Of a stretch of DNA of 64,000 nt, positions 44,709 through 54,588 are shown in pieces. Within the stretch, counting starts at the first letter, position 1, and every line of letters starts with the position of its first letter. Origin of the DNA: Croceivirga sp. (GTDB lineage: Bacteria; Bacteroidota; Bacteroidia; Flavobacteriales; Flavobacteriaceae); NCBI GenBank assembly GCA_028284285.1, contig JANQSA010000022.1, forward strand, positions 7,741 through 71,740, in the 5' to 3' direction. The notes under the pieces were generated by a model, which saw only the letters and a list, made by a program, of their open reading frames with translations, did no database searches and was not told where the DNA came from. A program made the position numbers and the translations under genes.

Positions 44709-47135
44709 TTATTCCAGTGTAATCCCAACGGCCTGTCTGATATTCCTGGACGAAGCTCCTGCCTTGATGCTGTAGGTTCCGGATTCCAGGGTCCAGCCAT
44801 TGTTGTTTTCATCCCAATACCGCAATTCATTCACAGGGATGTGTAGAAAAAGACTATCCACAGCCCCCGGTTCCAACTTCCCGGTTTTAGCAAAGGCTTT
44901 GAGTTCCTGCAAAGGACGGTCGATAGCTGAATTTACTTTTTCAGCATAAAGTTGTACCACTTCTTTTCCAGGTAACTGCCCGGTATTTTGGACGGTCAGT
45001 GCTACATGTATAGTATCATTTTGAATCATCGCCTCCATAGGACCGTATTCAAAATCCGTATACGACAAGCCATAGCCAAAAGGATAGGACACCTCCAGTC
45101 CGGTTTTGTCAAAATGACGGTAGCCCACATACACCCCTTCGTCATAGTGAGTATAGTCCCTATTTCGAATCTTTTCTCCTTCTGGCCGCTCTTTTGGCGG
45201 GAAGATGAGATTCCCCAACATGCCGGTAAAGCTCATATGTTCCCCTCCCTCAGGAAAATTGGCATGAGAGGCATGATCTCCAAGATTCACCGGAAAGGTC
45301 ATCGGCAGCTTGCCGCTGGGATTGACTTTCCCACTTAAAATGTCCGCCACGGAGTTGCCTCCTTCCTGTCCGCCTTGCCAGGCCAGTAGAATGGCATCAG
45401 GGATAGCTTTCCAGGAAGCGGTTTCAATTACCCCGCCAATGTTCATCACTACAATCAACTGTTTGCCGGCAGCATGGAACGCTTCGCCAATAGCGGCAAT
45501 CATTTCCTGCTCGGTCTCGGACAAAAGGAAATCGTCCTTTTCCAAACGATCACCCCCTTCACCGGCATTTCGTCCTATAGTTAATATCCCTATATCGGAA
45601 CCCGCCACAATTTCCTGCAGTTGTTCCGGAGTATAGGTCATTTCCGGTGGGGAAAAGGGTGTAAAAATAGCCGCCATGCCGTCCGGTTTTTGAAAGCCCT
45701 CGGCATTGGCCGCCTTATGGGCTTCAAAGGCGGTTTTACCCGCTGTATTAATAGTGAATCCGGCATTGGTCAACCCTTCCTCCAGGGAAACGGTATAGGC
45801 CTCATTTACGTCCCCAGAACCGGTCCCCCCGGCAATAAACATATAAGAGGTAGTCCCCAATAAGGCCACATTTTGACCAGGGGTGAGTGGCAAGGCGCTT
45901 TCATTTTTAAGCAAGACCATTCCCTCGGCTGCGGATTGGCGGGTTATTTGTGCATGCGCTTCCAGATCCGGTGCATTGCCGTAGGCATAGTTCTGCATCT
46001 TTTTGCTGGTGAAGATAAGCGTGAGGATGCGGGAAGCGGCTCTATTGATATCTGCTTCAGACAATTCCCCGTTTTCAGCGGCTTTGGTCAATGCTTTCCA
46101 CTGGCGTTTGGTCCCGGGCTCCAGCAGGTCGTTCCCCGCACTGATCTGAGCCGGGGGATTTTTACCGCCAAACCAATCCGTCATCACCAGGCCTTCAAAA
46201 CCCCAATCATCACGTAACACCTGCGTCAACAGATATTCATTCTCCGAAGCATAAGTGCCATTTACCTTATTATAGGAAGACATAATAGTCCAGGGCTGTG
46301 CCTTTTTTACAATATGCTCAAATCCCTTCAGGTAGATCTCACGCAGGGCACGTTCGGAGACTTTTACATCATTCATAAAACGTTCTGTTTCCTGGTTATT
46401 GGCCGCATAGTGTTTTACGGAAGTTCCCACCCCATTGGACTCAATCCCGTTGACGATAGCCGCTCCCATCTCGCCGGTGAGGAGCGGGTCTTCAGAAAAA
46501 TATTCAAAATTCCGGCCACAAAGCGGGTACCTGTGGATATTGGCCCCTGGCCCCAGGATCACATCTATGCCGTATTCTACGGCCTCATTGCCCATAGCAC
46601 CTCCTACTTCTTCTACCAGTGTAGTATTCCAACTAGAGGCCAAAAGCGTGGCGATAGGAAAGGCCGTGCAGTAGTAGGTGCGGTCCTCTCCCTCCCGGGT
46701 GGGTTGTATGCGCAGTCCGGCTGGACCATCCGACAAATACACGGTAGGGAGTCCCAGCCTGGGGGTGGGCACAATGGTCCCAACCGCTCCTGGAATTCCC
46801 GTACCGGGTTCTGTCCTCCCCATGGCCGAGGCAATCCCCGAGCCTTTTAACAAATGAATCTTTTCTTCCAGCGTCATTTGGGAAAGTACATCGGCTACCC
46901 GGGACGGGATCGGTTGCCGATCATCTTCATAGACGTCCAAAGCCCCGTTCCCATTTCGATCCAAAAAGGTGTAGCCCTCTTCGGACAATTCCGAAAACTC
47001 GGTTTGCTCCGTATACTTGTTCTCAAAGTTCAGGAAGGTCCGGTTAAAATAACGCCATCCCAAAAACCCTGTCAGAAGGAGAAGTAGCAGGAGTACTCCT
47101 AAAATCTTCAGTGAGAGTCGTAGTATTTTTTTCAT
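44709..47135 (-). CDS. bglX: Glycoside hydrolase family 3 beta-glucosidase
   Basis: SDGPAGLR, KHYAANNQE and GLVMTDWFG (nucleophile Asp) motifs, with a C-terminal fibronectin-like domain. Confidence 0.92.
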   Translation of the reverse strand: MKKILRLSLKILGVLLLLLLLTGFLGWRYFNRTFLNFENKYTEQTEFSELSEEGYTFLDRNGNGALDVYEDDRQPIPSRVADVLSQMTLEEKIHLLKGSGIASAMGRTEPGTGIPGAVGTIVPTPRLGLPTVYLSDGPAGLRIQPTREGEDRTYYCTAFPIATLLASSWNTTLVEEVGGAMGNEAVEYGIDVILGPGANIHRYPLCGRNFEYFSEDPLLTGEMGAAIVNGIESNGVGTSVKHYAANNQETERFMNDVKVSERALREIYLKGFEHIVKKAQPWTIMSSYNKVNGTYASENEYLLTQVLRDDWGFEGLVMTDWFGGKNPPAQISAGNDLLEPGTKRQWKALTKAAENGELSEADINRAASRILTLIFTSKKMQNYAYGNAPDLEAHAQITRQSAAEGMVLLKNESALPLTPGQNVALLGTTSYMFIAGGTGSGDVNEAYTVSLEEGLTNAGFTINTAGKTAFEAHKAANAEGFQKPDGMAAIFTPFSPPEMTYTPEQLQEIVAGSDIGILTIGRNAGEGGDRLEKDDFLLSETEQEMIAAIGEAFHAAGKQLIVVMNIGGVIETASWKAIPDAILLAWQGGQEGGNSVADILSGKVNPSGKLPMTFPVNLGDHASHANFPEGGEHMSFTGMLGNLIFPPKERPEGEKIRNRDYTHYDEGVYVGYRHFDKTGLEVSYPFGYGLSYTDFEYGPMEAMIQNDTIHVALTVQNTGQLPGKEVVQLYAEKVNSAIDRPLQELKAFAKTGKLEPGAVDSLFLHIPVNELRYWDENNNGWTLESGTYSIKAGASSRNIRQAVGITLE

Positions 47136-47145
47136 GATTTCTTAA

Positions 47146-47196
47146 TTGTGGCAGTTTGACACAAATATAATTCTTTTTTGTGGCTTACCGACACAA
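47146..47196. promoter_or_regulatory. Two copies of a TTGTGGC-N5-GACACAA inverted repeat in the GH3 / NUDIX-regulator divergent promoter
   Basis: TTGTGGCAGTTTGACACAA (47146-47164) and TTGTGGCTTACCGACACAA (47178-47196), centres 32 bp apart. Confidence 0.5.
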
Positions 47197-47214
47197 AATG
47201 GGTACTTTTGTGCT

Positions 47215-47943
47215 ATGGATATGCAAGAATTATTGGATCACGGCACCGAGTATTTTTTGCCGAACCTCTCTATCGACCTTGTAGTCATAGGATACCAGGA
47301 AGAAGCGCTTAAATGTCTGCTTCTTCAACTGGACGATAAGTGGGCCTTACCCGGGGGGTATATCAAAAAAGAGGAAGCTGTGGATGCTGCGGTAATCCGT
47401 ATCCTTAAAGAACGTACCGGTCTGGAGTACCCTCATTTTAAATTCCTGGATGTATTTGGGGATCCCCGGCGTAGTTTTTCCAAAGAGTTCCGGCAGTACT
47501 TTGAAAAAAAAGAGTTACCCTGGCAGGACGACTATTGGATCAACAACCGTTTTGTTACCCTGGCGTATTATTCCCTGGTAAATATTGCGACTACCCATCC
47601 GGTACCCGGCGTGTTTGACGAAGCCGCGGAATGGTTCCCTTTTGACGCCCTGCCCCCTTTCTGGATGGATCACGGGAGAATTGTGGCGACCGCTCGCAAA
47701 CGGCTCATAGCGGATGTGCAACGGGAACATTTGACCTATAATCTGCTCCCCCCGGAATTTACTATGCCGGAATTGCATCAACTGCATCAAACCATTTTAC
47801 AGGAAAATCTGGATCGCAGCCGGTTTCAAAAAAAGATGTTGGCCACGGGATTATTTGAACGATTGCCTAAACTTAAAAAAGAAACCCCTGGAAGTAATCC
47901 GTATCAGTATCGTTTAAAGGTAGAGTACAAGGATCCTGAATAG
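47215..47943 (+). CDS. NUDIX-domain transcriptional regulator (NrtR-like: degenerate Nudix box plus C-terminal winged helix)
   Basis: First ATG at 47215. LPGGYIKKEEAVDAAVIRILKERTGL is a degenerate Nudix box. The C-terminal approx 80 aa resemble the NrtR wHTH (FTMPELHQLHQTIL...SRFQKKMLATGL). Confidence 0.7.
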   Translation: MDMQELLDHGTEYFLPNLSIDLVVIGYQEEALKCLLLQLDDKWALPGGYIKKEEAVDAAVIRILKERTGLEYPHFKFLDVFGDPRRSFSKEFRQYFEKKELPWQDDYWINNRFVTLAYYSLVNIATTHPVPGVFDEAAEWFPFDALPPFWMDHGRIVATARKRLIADVQREHLTYNLLPPEFTMPELHQLHQTILQENLDRSRFQKKMLATGLFERLPKLKKETPGSNPYQYRLKVEYKDPE

Positions 47944-48018
47944 TGGATGCGTTTCTTGTTTCAAAACAAAATCCCGACCCTAATCCATATGATAGTTGGT
48001 AATCCCTACCTTTAAATT

Positions 48019-48489
48019 ATGAAGCCGCTTCAGGTAAAGAAAGGTGAGATTCTTCAAAAATCAGGTGAGTTGCGCAGTAAGATATACATGGTACGATCCG
48101 GATTGTTGCGAAGTTACCTTATTGATAAAAAGGGAAAGGAACATATCTTTATGTTTGCTCCGGAAGGCTGGGTCATAGCAGATAGCACAGGTCCTGAAAT
48201 TCCCACAACATTGTTTATCGATGCCCTGGAGGATTCTATTGTCCTGGTTCGGGAAAAGGACATCACCAAAGAACATCAAAATGTGGCTCCTTTGGTCAAA
48301 CGGCTGTCCGTACTGCAAAAGAGGGTAATTATGTTAATGAGTTCTTCAGCTATAGATCGTTATGAGGACTTCATTAGGACCTATCCCAATATCGTGCAAA
48401 GGGTACCGCAGCGTATGATCGCCTCTTATCTGGGGATTACCCCCGAGGCCCTAAGCAAGATCAAATCGGGAAAACTTCGAAATACCTAG
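48019..48489 (+). CDS. Crp/Fnr-family regulator (short form)
   Basis: cNMP-binding-like beta-roll (GEILQKSGELRSKIYMVRSGLLRSY...DKKGKEHIF) and a C-terminal HTH (RMIASYLGITPEALSKIK). Confidence 0.7.
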   Translation: MKPLQVKKGEILQKSGELRSKIYMVRSGLLRSYLIDKKGKEHIFMFAPEGWVIADSTGPEIPTTLFIDALEDSIVLVREKDITKEHQNVAPLVKRLSVLQKRVIMLMSSSAIDRYEDFIRTYPNIVQRVPQRMIASYLGITPEALSKIKSGKLRNT

Positions 48490-48559
48490 CAGCATTTCTT
48501 AATCTAGGTTAATGCATAACTTCTCGCCTTGCCGCATATTTGAGGAAAAAGTAGTAGAA

Positions 48560-49006
48560 ATGAAAAAGCTATCGCTGTGGTTAAGAGTTTCAGCCGTTTT
48601 GTGGATCATATGGGGGCTGGTACACATTTTTGCAGGTATCATGACCATGAAAGGCATATTGACCGATGACATTTCTGCCTCCGTATCCGGTATTGCCGAT
48701 AAGGTTGATCCCACGACTTTACAAATGGACTATCCGAAAGCAGCCGGAGCTATTATCGGGCAGCACGGTTTTAACCTGCTATGGATTGGTCTGGTTACTT
48801 TTCTAGCGGCTTTTTACATCTGGAAAGGCAATACGCATGCTATCTTTCTTGCCGCCATCACAGGGGGTCTTGCTGATTTAGGGTATTTCTTGTTCCTCGA
48901 CCTAGGGGGGTATGTGAATTTTGTTCCCGGAACGGTAATGACCCTTTTTTCCTCCCTGGCCATTATCACCAGCTTTTATGCCTACTTTAAGCGGCGCAAC
49001 ACTTAG
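48560..49006 (+). CDS. Hypothetical 4-TM membrane protein
   Basis: Start taken at the ATG at 48560 ([19 protein letters not shown]). Follows the Crp-like gene. Confidence 0.55.
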   Translation: MKKLSLWLRVSAVLWIIWGLVHIFAGIMTMKGILTDDISASVSGIADKVDPTTLQMDYPKAAGAIIGQHGFNLLWIGLVTFLAAFYIWKGNTHAIFLAAITGGLADLGYFLFLDLGGYVNFVPGTVMTLFSSLAIITSFYAYFKRRNT

Positions 49007-50280
49007 AAAACTGCCTTGACCGCTTCAATAGTAGCATCCAGATCCTGATAACTGATAGCATCATTTAAAAAATAGCTTTCAAAGGCTGAGGGAGGCAGAT
49101 ATACCCCCTGGTCCAACATCCCATGGAAGTACTTTTTAAAAATAGCATTATTCCCTTTTGCCGAAGAAGCAAAATCTACCACCGGTTCCTCACAAAAGTG
49201 TACGGAGAGCATACTGCCAAAACGGTTGATCTGATGGGGCATCCCTTTTTCCGTAAGTACCTGGGCAATTCCTTGATGTAAATGCTCGGTTTTTTGGGCA
49301 AGGCTATCAAAGACTTCAGGATTTTGGTCAATTTCCGTTAGCATCGCCAGTCCCGCACTCATAGCCAGAGGGTTCCCGCTTAAGGTTCCTGCCTGGTACA
49401 CCGGCCCTTCAGGAGCGAGATGGGCCATGATATCGGCCCGGGCAGCAAAAGCGCCTACCGGCAGACCCCCTCCAATCACTTTGCCAAACATCACAATGTC
49501 TGCGGTAATACCTAAGGCCTGCTGGGCTCCTCCCTTTGCCAATCGAAAACCCGTCATCACCTCGTCAAACAATAACAAAATATCTTCCTGCGAGCAAAGC
49601 TCTCGCAACCCTTGAATAAACTCTGTTTTAGGAATAATACAGCCCATATTCCCGGCGACCGGCTCGAGAATGATTCCTGCAATCTCCCCTTTATTCGCAG
49701 CCACCAGGGCTTTTACCCCTTCCAGATCATTGTAGTTGGCCAGCAGGGTATCCTTAGCGGTCCCCTGAGTTACCCCGGGGCTATTGGGGCTACCAAAAGT
49801 TACTGCCCCGCTTCCAGCCTGGATCAAAAAGGCATCGGCATGGCCGTGATAGCAACCTGCAAATTTGATGATCTTTTCCCTTCCGGTATATCCCCGGGCC
49901 AAACGCACTGCACTCATACAAGCCTCAGTCCCGCTATTTACAAAACGGATCTTGTCTATGTTGGGCACCATTTGCACCGCGAGCTTTGCCAGTTCGGTTT
50001 CAATTTCAGTGGGAATGCCAAAAGAAGTCCCCTTTTTGGCTTTTGCAATTACGGCCTGGAGCACCGGTTCGTGGGCATGGCCAAACAGCAAAGGCCCCCA
50101 GGAGGAGATATAATCGATATATTGATTGCCATCCTCATCATGGAGGTAGGCCCCTTTCGCTTGTTTTACAAAAATAGGCTCCCCGCCCACTGCTTTAAAG
50201 GCCCGTACCGGGGAATTGACCCCTCCGGGGATGTATTTTTTCGCTTCGGCAAAGAGCGCACTGCTCCGTTGGTATCGCAT
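49003..50280 (-). CDS. hemL: Glutamate-1-semialdehyde 2,1-aminomutase
   Basis: [10 protein letters not shown] and DEVMTGFR motifs and a PLP-Lys region [12 protein letters not shown]. Confidence 0.95.
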   Translation of the reverse strand: MRYQRSSALFAEAKKYIPGGVNSPVRAFKAVGGEPIFVKQAKGAYLHDEDGNQYIDYISSWGPLLFGHAHEPVLQAVIAKAKKGTSFGIPTEIETELAKLAVQMVPNIDKIRFVNSGTEACMSAVRLARGYTGREKIIKFAGCYHGHADAFLIQAGSGAVTFGSPNSPGVTQGTAKDTLLANYNDLEGVKALVAANKGEIAGIILEPVAGNMGCIIPKTEFIQGLRELCSQEDILLLFDEVMTGFRLAKGGAQQALGITADIVMFGKVIGGGLPVGAFAARADIMAHLAPEGPVYQAGTLSGNPLAMSAGLAMLTEIDQNPEVFDSLAQKTEHLHQGIAQVLTEKGMPHQINRFGSMLSVHFCEEPVVDFASSAKGNNAIFKKYFHGMLDQGVYLPPSAFESYFLNDAISYQDLDATIEAVKAVF

Positions 50281-50302
50281 ATCCTGTCTTTTATATCACT
50301 TA

Positions 50303-51151
50303 CTATTTTGTTATCGGCTTTCTAATATTTAGCTCCTGGCCAATACCAATGTTAGTGCTATCCAGGTTGTTCAGTTTCATGATCTCCTCAACGGAAATGG
50401 CATATTTCCTTGAGATCCCATACAGTGTGTCGCCCTGCTCCACTACATGGGTAAACACTTCATACTTTTTGGGTTTTCGCACGGTTTCCAATCCATCATC
50501 CACTACTTCTTTGTCGTATTGGTCCAAATCATACCGCTGGATGAGTGCGATCAATTTCTGAGGATATTTTTTATCGGTAGCGTAACCGGCTTTTTTTAAG
50601 CCGTAAGCCCATTTTTTATAATCGTCCCTGCGGTAGTTGAACAAAAAACGGTAACGGGAACGCGATGCTAAAAAGATGCTATGGTCCCGAAAGGAAAACA
50701 TAGGATGATTGTATTTTCGAAAACACTCCCCTTTAGCGTCATCGTCATGAAAATCAAAATCTCCCTGCCATCCGGTATGGCATTTGATCCCAAAATGATT
50801 GTTTGTCTTTCGGGTCAGTGCTCCCCGTCCGGAACCACTTTCCAAAATTCCCTGAGCCAGGGTAATGCTTGCCGGAATACCGAAGGCACGCATTTCATAT
50901 TGTGCAATCTGCGCAAACTCGTCAATGTAATCTTCGGTAGAAGCAATAGGAAACTTTTTGAAGTAGCCAGGGTCCTCCGGTAAAGGATAGAGTTCCGACT
51001 TTTTTACCCTGGTCCCTTCCAAACCGGTATCAGGTTGGTAAACGCTTTTCTTTTGAGTCTGGACAGTCCTGGACACCCTTCGCTTTTTGGCGCCACAACC
51101 CACCAGAAGCGTAACTATTAACAATGTAGCAAAACAACGTGTAATCATCAA
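50303..51151 (-). CDS. Glucosaminidase-domain peptidoglycan hydrolase with C-terminal LysM
   Basis: LAQGILESGSGRGALTRKTNNHFGIKC is a glucosaminidase pattern. The C-terminal HVVEQGDTLYGISRKYAISVEEIMKLNNL is LysM-like. Confidence 0.85.
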   Translation of the reverse strand: MMITRCFATLLIVTLLVGCGAKKRRVSRTVQTQKKSVYQPDTGLEGTRVKKSELYPLPEDPGYFKKFPIASTEDYIDEFAQIAQYEMRAFGIPASITLAQGILESGSGRGALTRKTNNHFGIKCHTGWQGDFDFHDDDAKGECFRKYNHPMFSFRDHSIFLASRSRYRFLFNYRRDDYKKWAYGLKKAGYATDKKYPQKLIALIQRYDLDQYDKEVVDDGLETVRKPKKYEVFTHVVEQGDTLYGISRKYAISVEEIMKLNNLDSTNIGIGQELNIRKPITK

Positions 51152-52050
51152 TGGATTAACGGTAAATTTTTCTTTTTCAGTACGGCATTCATCCCGGGAA
51201 TCCCCTGTAATCCTCCTGAATGAATGATCAGGATGGAAGTTCCCGCCTCAAATTTATCCTGTTTTATCATTTCCAATACGCCAAAAAACAGCTTCCCGGT
51301 GTAAATGGGATCCAATGGAATTCCGGTCTGCTCTTTAAAAAGATTCATGAACTGAACCAACCCCTTATTGACTTTGGCATACCCTCCAAAATGAAAATCG
51401 GGAACTAAATTCCAATTGTTCTTACGAGCAAAGTTACGAATCGAATCCTTTAAAAAACCCCCCTTTAGCACTGGAAACCCTAAAATCCTTTGTCCCGGTC
51501 GGGCGGAGTTGGCCAAGCCGGCCAGTGTTCCTCCCGTTCCCACACAGCTGCAAATCACATCAAAATGTGCATCTTCCCCGGTCAAGATCTCTTCACATCC
51601 TCTCACAGCGAGGCTATTGGTGCCTCCCTCCGGTAAAAGATAAAAATCCCCGAATTGGGCCCTTAATTTGAAAAGCAGGGTAGCTTCTTCCTTTTTACGG
51701 TAGTCCTCCCTGGACAGAAAATGCAATTGCATGCCCTGGGTATGCGCCGCTCGTAATGTGGGGTTATCCTGCCACCGTTGCTGTAGTTCCTCACCCCGGA
51801 TGACCCCAATAGTACGGAATCCCTTCTCTTTTCCGGCAAAGGCCAAGGCGGCAATATGATTGGAATACGCTCCGCCAAAACTAAGCAAAGTGGTGTATCC
51901 TGAACGTTGGGCTTCCAAAAGGTTGTATTTCAGCTTGTGGTATTTATTTCCGGAGATCTTCGGATGGATCAGGTCTTCCCGTTTTACCCAAAGCGAGATC
52001 CCCTTTTCTTTCAGGAAGGGAAAGTAAAGTTCTTGATTATGCACCTCCAA
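51148..52050 (-). CDS. PLP-dependent ACC deaminase / D-cysteine desulfhydrase family protein
   Basis: LWVKREDLIHPKISGNKYHKLKYNL (PLP-Lys region) and a tryptophan-synthase-beta-like fold pattern. Confidence 0.8.
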   Translation of the reverse strand: MEVHNQELYFPFLKEKGISLWVKREDLIHPKISGNKYHKLKYNLLEAQRSGYTTLLSFGGAYSNHIAALAFAGKEKGFRTIGVIRGEELQQRWQDNPTLRAAHTQGMQLHFLSREDYRKKEEATLLFKLRAQFGDFYLLPEGGTNSLAVRGCEEILTGEDAHFDVICSCVGTGGTLAGLANSARPGQRILGFPVLKGGFLKDSIRNFARKNNWNLVPDFHFGGYAKVNKGLVQFMNLFKEQTGIPLDPIYTGKLFFGVLEMIKQDKFEAGTSILIIHSGGLQGIPGMNAVLKKKNLPLIH

Positions 52051-52053
52051 AGG

Positions 52054-52386
52054 TTAAGGTCGGGTAAGGTAATTTAAAAAACTATACGGTTTTCGGCGTT
52101 CCGGATAGCCCAAATCCTTTTCATTAGCGAAGGCCTCCCGTTCGAAGCTGATGTTCTGGTAGGCCCGGTAACTGTCAAGATAGAGCAAGGTGCGTACTAT
52201 CCATTCCCCCACATACCAAATATAAAAGGGAAGCACTAACAATTCCAGTTGCTGTTTTAGATGGATCTTTTCATGATTGATAAGGACTACATCTTCCTTA
52301 TGAATGTCTTCCTTAACAAAAATGAAGGGCCAAAGGGTGAGTCCCACGTAGTTTTTTCTGAAAAGATGTTTAAAAACCAATATCAT
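52054..52386 (-). CDS. Small hypothetical membrane protein with an HExxH motif
   Basis: 110-aa ORF, 3 nt after the upstream gene on the same strand. NHEKIHLKQ followed by hydrophobic helices. Confidence 0.5.
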   Translation of the reverse strand: MILVFKHLFRKNYVGLTLWPFIFVKEDIHKEDVVLINHEKIHLKQQLELLVLPFYIWYVGEWIVRTLLYLDSYRAYQNISFEREAFANEKDLGYPERRKPYSFLNYLTRP

Positions 52387-52554
52387 TTACAGTCCTTTTA
52401 CGAACTATTCTATTGTGGGGTACGCAAATATAACCCATTCTTTGAGGTCATTGAAGAATGATCGATTAAACCCTTCAATTATCGGACAAAGGCACTCCAA
52501 AAGCGCAAATAATTTTAAAATGAAGGGATTGGGCCGTAATTTTGATGGTATTAG

Positions 52555-52728
<174 letters not shown>

Positions 52729-52797
52729 TTTGGTTTTCGGCATAATATTTGAGGTAATTTTATAAAATTGCCCTGGTTAAACTCAAAAAAAATTGAT

Positions 52798-53406
52798 ATG
52801 AAAAAACTACAAATATTGACGCTTCCTGTATTTGCGCTCCTCTTTCTTAGTTCATGTGTATCTGTCCGTGTTATTTCCGATTATGACCGGCAAGCGAGTT
52901 TCAATGACTATAAGACCTATGCGTATTACAAAACGGGAATAGATAGAGCTCAGATTTCAGATCTTGACAAAAAAAGGATTTTAAAAGCGATTGACACAGA
53001 AATGGCGGCCAAAGGATTTGTAAAATCCCGGCAACCAGATCTACTGGTAAGTATCTTTACTAAAGAACGTGAACAGGTAGATGTATACAACAACAACTTC
53101 GGCTGGGGCTGGGGTTGGGGTGGCTTCGGCCCATGGGGCCTGGGCTGGGGTGGTTTCGGCCCATGGGGCTGGGGTCCCGGTTGGGGCTGGGGCGGCGGCT
53201 TTGGACCAGATGTATCTACCCGGACAGAAGGTTCCCTCTATATTGACCTCATAGATACCCAAAGTAAGGAACTGGTGTGGCAAGGACGTGGTGTGGGCAC
53301 CTTAAACAATATTGATAACATTGATAAAAAAGAACAACGTATACGTAAATTTGTTTCCGAAATTTTAGCGGCCTACCCTCCTGAACGCAAAATAGCGTCT
53401 AATTAG
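52798..53406 (+). CDS. DUF4136-like lipoprotein with an internal Gly/Trp-rich insert
   Basis: Start taken at the ATG at 52798 (MKKLQILTLPVFALLFLSSC lipobox). SDYDRQASFNDYKTYAY is DUF4136-like. Insert: FGWGWGWGGFGPWGLGWGGFGPWGWGPGWGWGGGFGP. Confidence 0.7.
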   Translation: MKKLQILTLPVFALLFLSSCVSVRVISDYDRQASFNDYKTYAYYKTGIDRAQISDLDKKRILKAIDTEMAAKGFVKSRQPDLLVSIFTKEREQVDVYNNNFGWGWGWGGFGPWGLGWGGFGPWGWGPGWGWGGGFGPDVSTRTEGSLYIDLIDTQSKELVWQGRGVGTLNNIDNIDKKEQRIRKFVSEILAAYPPERKIASN

Positions 53407-53434
53407 GGAAAGGCTCCATTTTCCGGAACTGAAG

Positions 53435-53506
53435 AGTGAAGAATCTACCCATATAGTTTGAGTGTTTATTGTTTGTTAAGTTTGGTAGGTTCTTCACTTC
53501 TTTTTT
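53435..53506 (+). terminator. Long-stem hairpin with T-run after the DUF4136-like gene
   Basis: agtgaagaatctacc (53435-53449) pairs with ggtaggttcttcact (53484-53498) with one mismatch, then tcttttttt. The loop is long (34 nt), so terminator function is uncertain. Confidence 0.4.
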
Positions 53507-53972
53507 ACAACAAGGGGAATCGGTTTTCGTCTTTAACCTCTTTCAGTACAAAAGCGCTTTTTACAGCACCAATATTGGGCAAAGTGGCAATTTTTTGTTT
53601 TGCAAAATCGTAATAGGCGTCCAGGTTTTTTACCACTACTTTTAACAGGAAGTCAAACTCTCCACCCACTACAAAGCATTCTACCACCTCCGGAAATTTC
53701 CGTACCATACCCACAAAAGCATCCATCATAGGGCCCTTTTGGGCCTCCAGGGAAATAAAACTAAATACCGTAATACTGGGCTCCACTTTTTCCTTGGCCA
53801 CCAGGGCTACATATTTTTTAATATACCCCTCCTGCTCTAACCTTCTTATCCGTTCATACACCGGAGTCTTGGTCATATTTAATTGTTCCGCGATGGTCTT
53901 GGCCACCGTTTTGGCATCATCTTCCAAAATTTTGAGAATCCTGCGGTCAATGGCATCTAACGGGCTAAGCAT
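53505..53972 (-). CDS. Lrp/AsnC-family transcriptional regulator
   Basis: LDAIDRRILKILEDDAKTVAKTIAEQLNMTKTPVYERIRRLEQEGYIKKY plus a C-terminal RAM domain. Confidence 0.9.
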   Translation of the reverse strand: MLSPLDAIDRRILKILEDDAKTVAKTIAEQLNMTKTPVYERIRRLEQEGYIKKYVALVAKEKVEPSITVFSFISLEAQKGPMMDAFVGMVRKFPEVVECFVVGGEFDFLLKVVVKNLDAYYDFAKQKIATLPNIGAVKSAFVLKEVKDENRFPLL

Positions 53973-54115
53973 ACAATTTCCTTTTTATAGAATTGAAAAT
54001 AAGACAATTTAGTACATTTTCCTAAAAACAAACTATTTTACAGCACAAATCGCTGATAAATTTCCAAAATTTCCTTTTTTTATCCATTATTGCTACATTT
54101 AAAAGAAACTTATTC

Positions 54116-54583
54116 GTGCGCTATTATCTTGCCCAAGCCAACATTGCAAGGTTCAAGGCTTCTCTGGACCATCCTATCATGAAAGAGTTTGTGGATTTCC
54201 TGGAGCCGGTAAACCGTTTTGCCGAAGAGAGTAAAGGTTTTGTTTGGCGTTTAAAAGATGAGCAGGGACGACCAGCAAGTTACCTCCAATCCCCGTTCAA
54301 AGACGAAATGATGGCGGTAAATATAAGCCTTTGGGAAGATCTGGATTCCTTTAGAAATTTTGTGTACGGCAGTGTGCACAGCTATTTTTTGCGTAATAAA
54401 AAAAAGTGGTTCGATCTTAAAGGGCCTTCCCAGTTTGTAATGTGGTGGTTGCCGGAAGGCGTTTTACCTACGCTGGAAATGGCTAAAAGCAAATTGGAAG
54501 AATTGGAGAAAAATGGCGCTACTCCGGCCGCCTTCACGATGAAGGCGTTTTATGACCCTCAGGGGAACAAAATATTAAATTAG
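54116..54583 (+). CDS. DUF3291-like protein (GTG start in ORF track)
   Basis: YYLAQANIARFKASLDHPIMKEFVDFLEPVNRFAEESKGFVWRLKDE resembles the DUF3291 N-terminal pattern. Confidence 0.6.
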   Translation: MRYYLAQANIARFKASLDHPIMKEFVDFLEPVNRFAEESKGFVWRLKDEQGRPASYLQSPFKDEMMAVNISLWEDLDSFRNFVYGSVHSYFLRNKKKWFDLKGPSQFVMWWLPEGVLPTLEMAKSKLEELEKNGATPAAFTMKAFYDPQGNKILN

Positions 54584-54588
54584 ATGGT

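Noticed and set aside
49612-50325. 237-aa plus-strand ORF overlapping hemL, and similar long antisense ORFs in the GH3 gene (46314-46850, 44988-45338, 45873-46217)
   Set aside because: They are antisense to unambiguous housekeeping or enzyme genes and have no motifs. They look like shadow ORFs.
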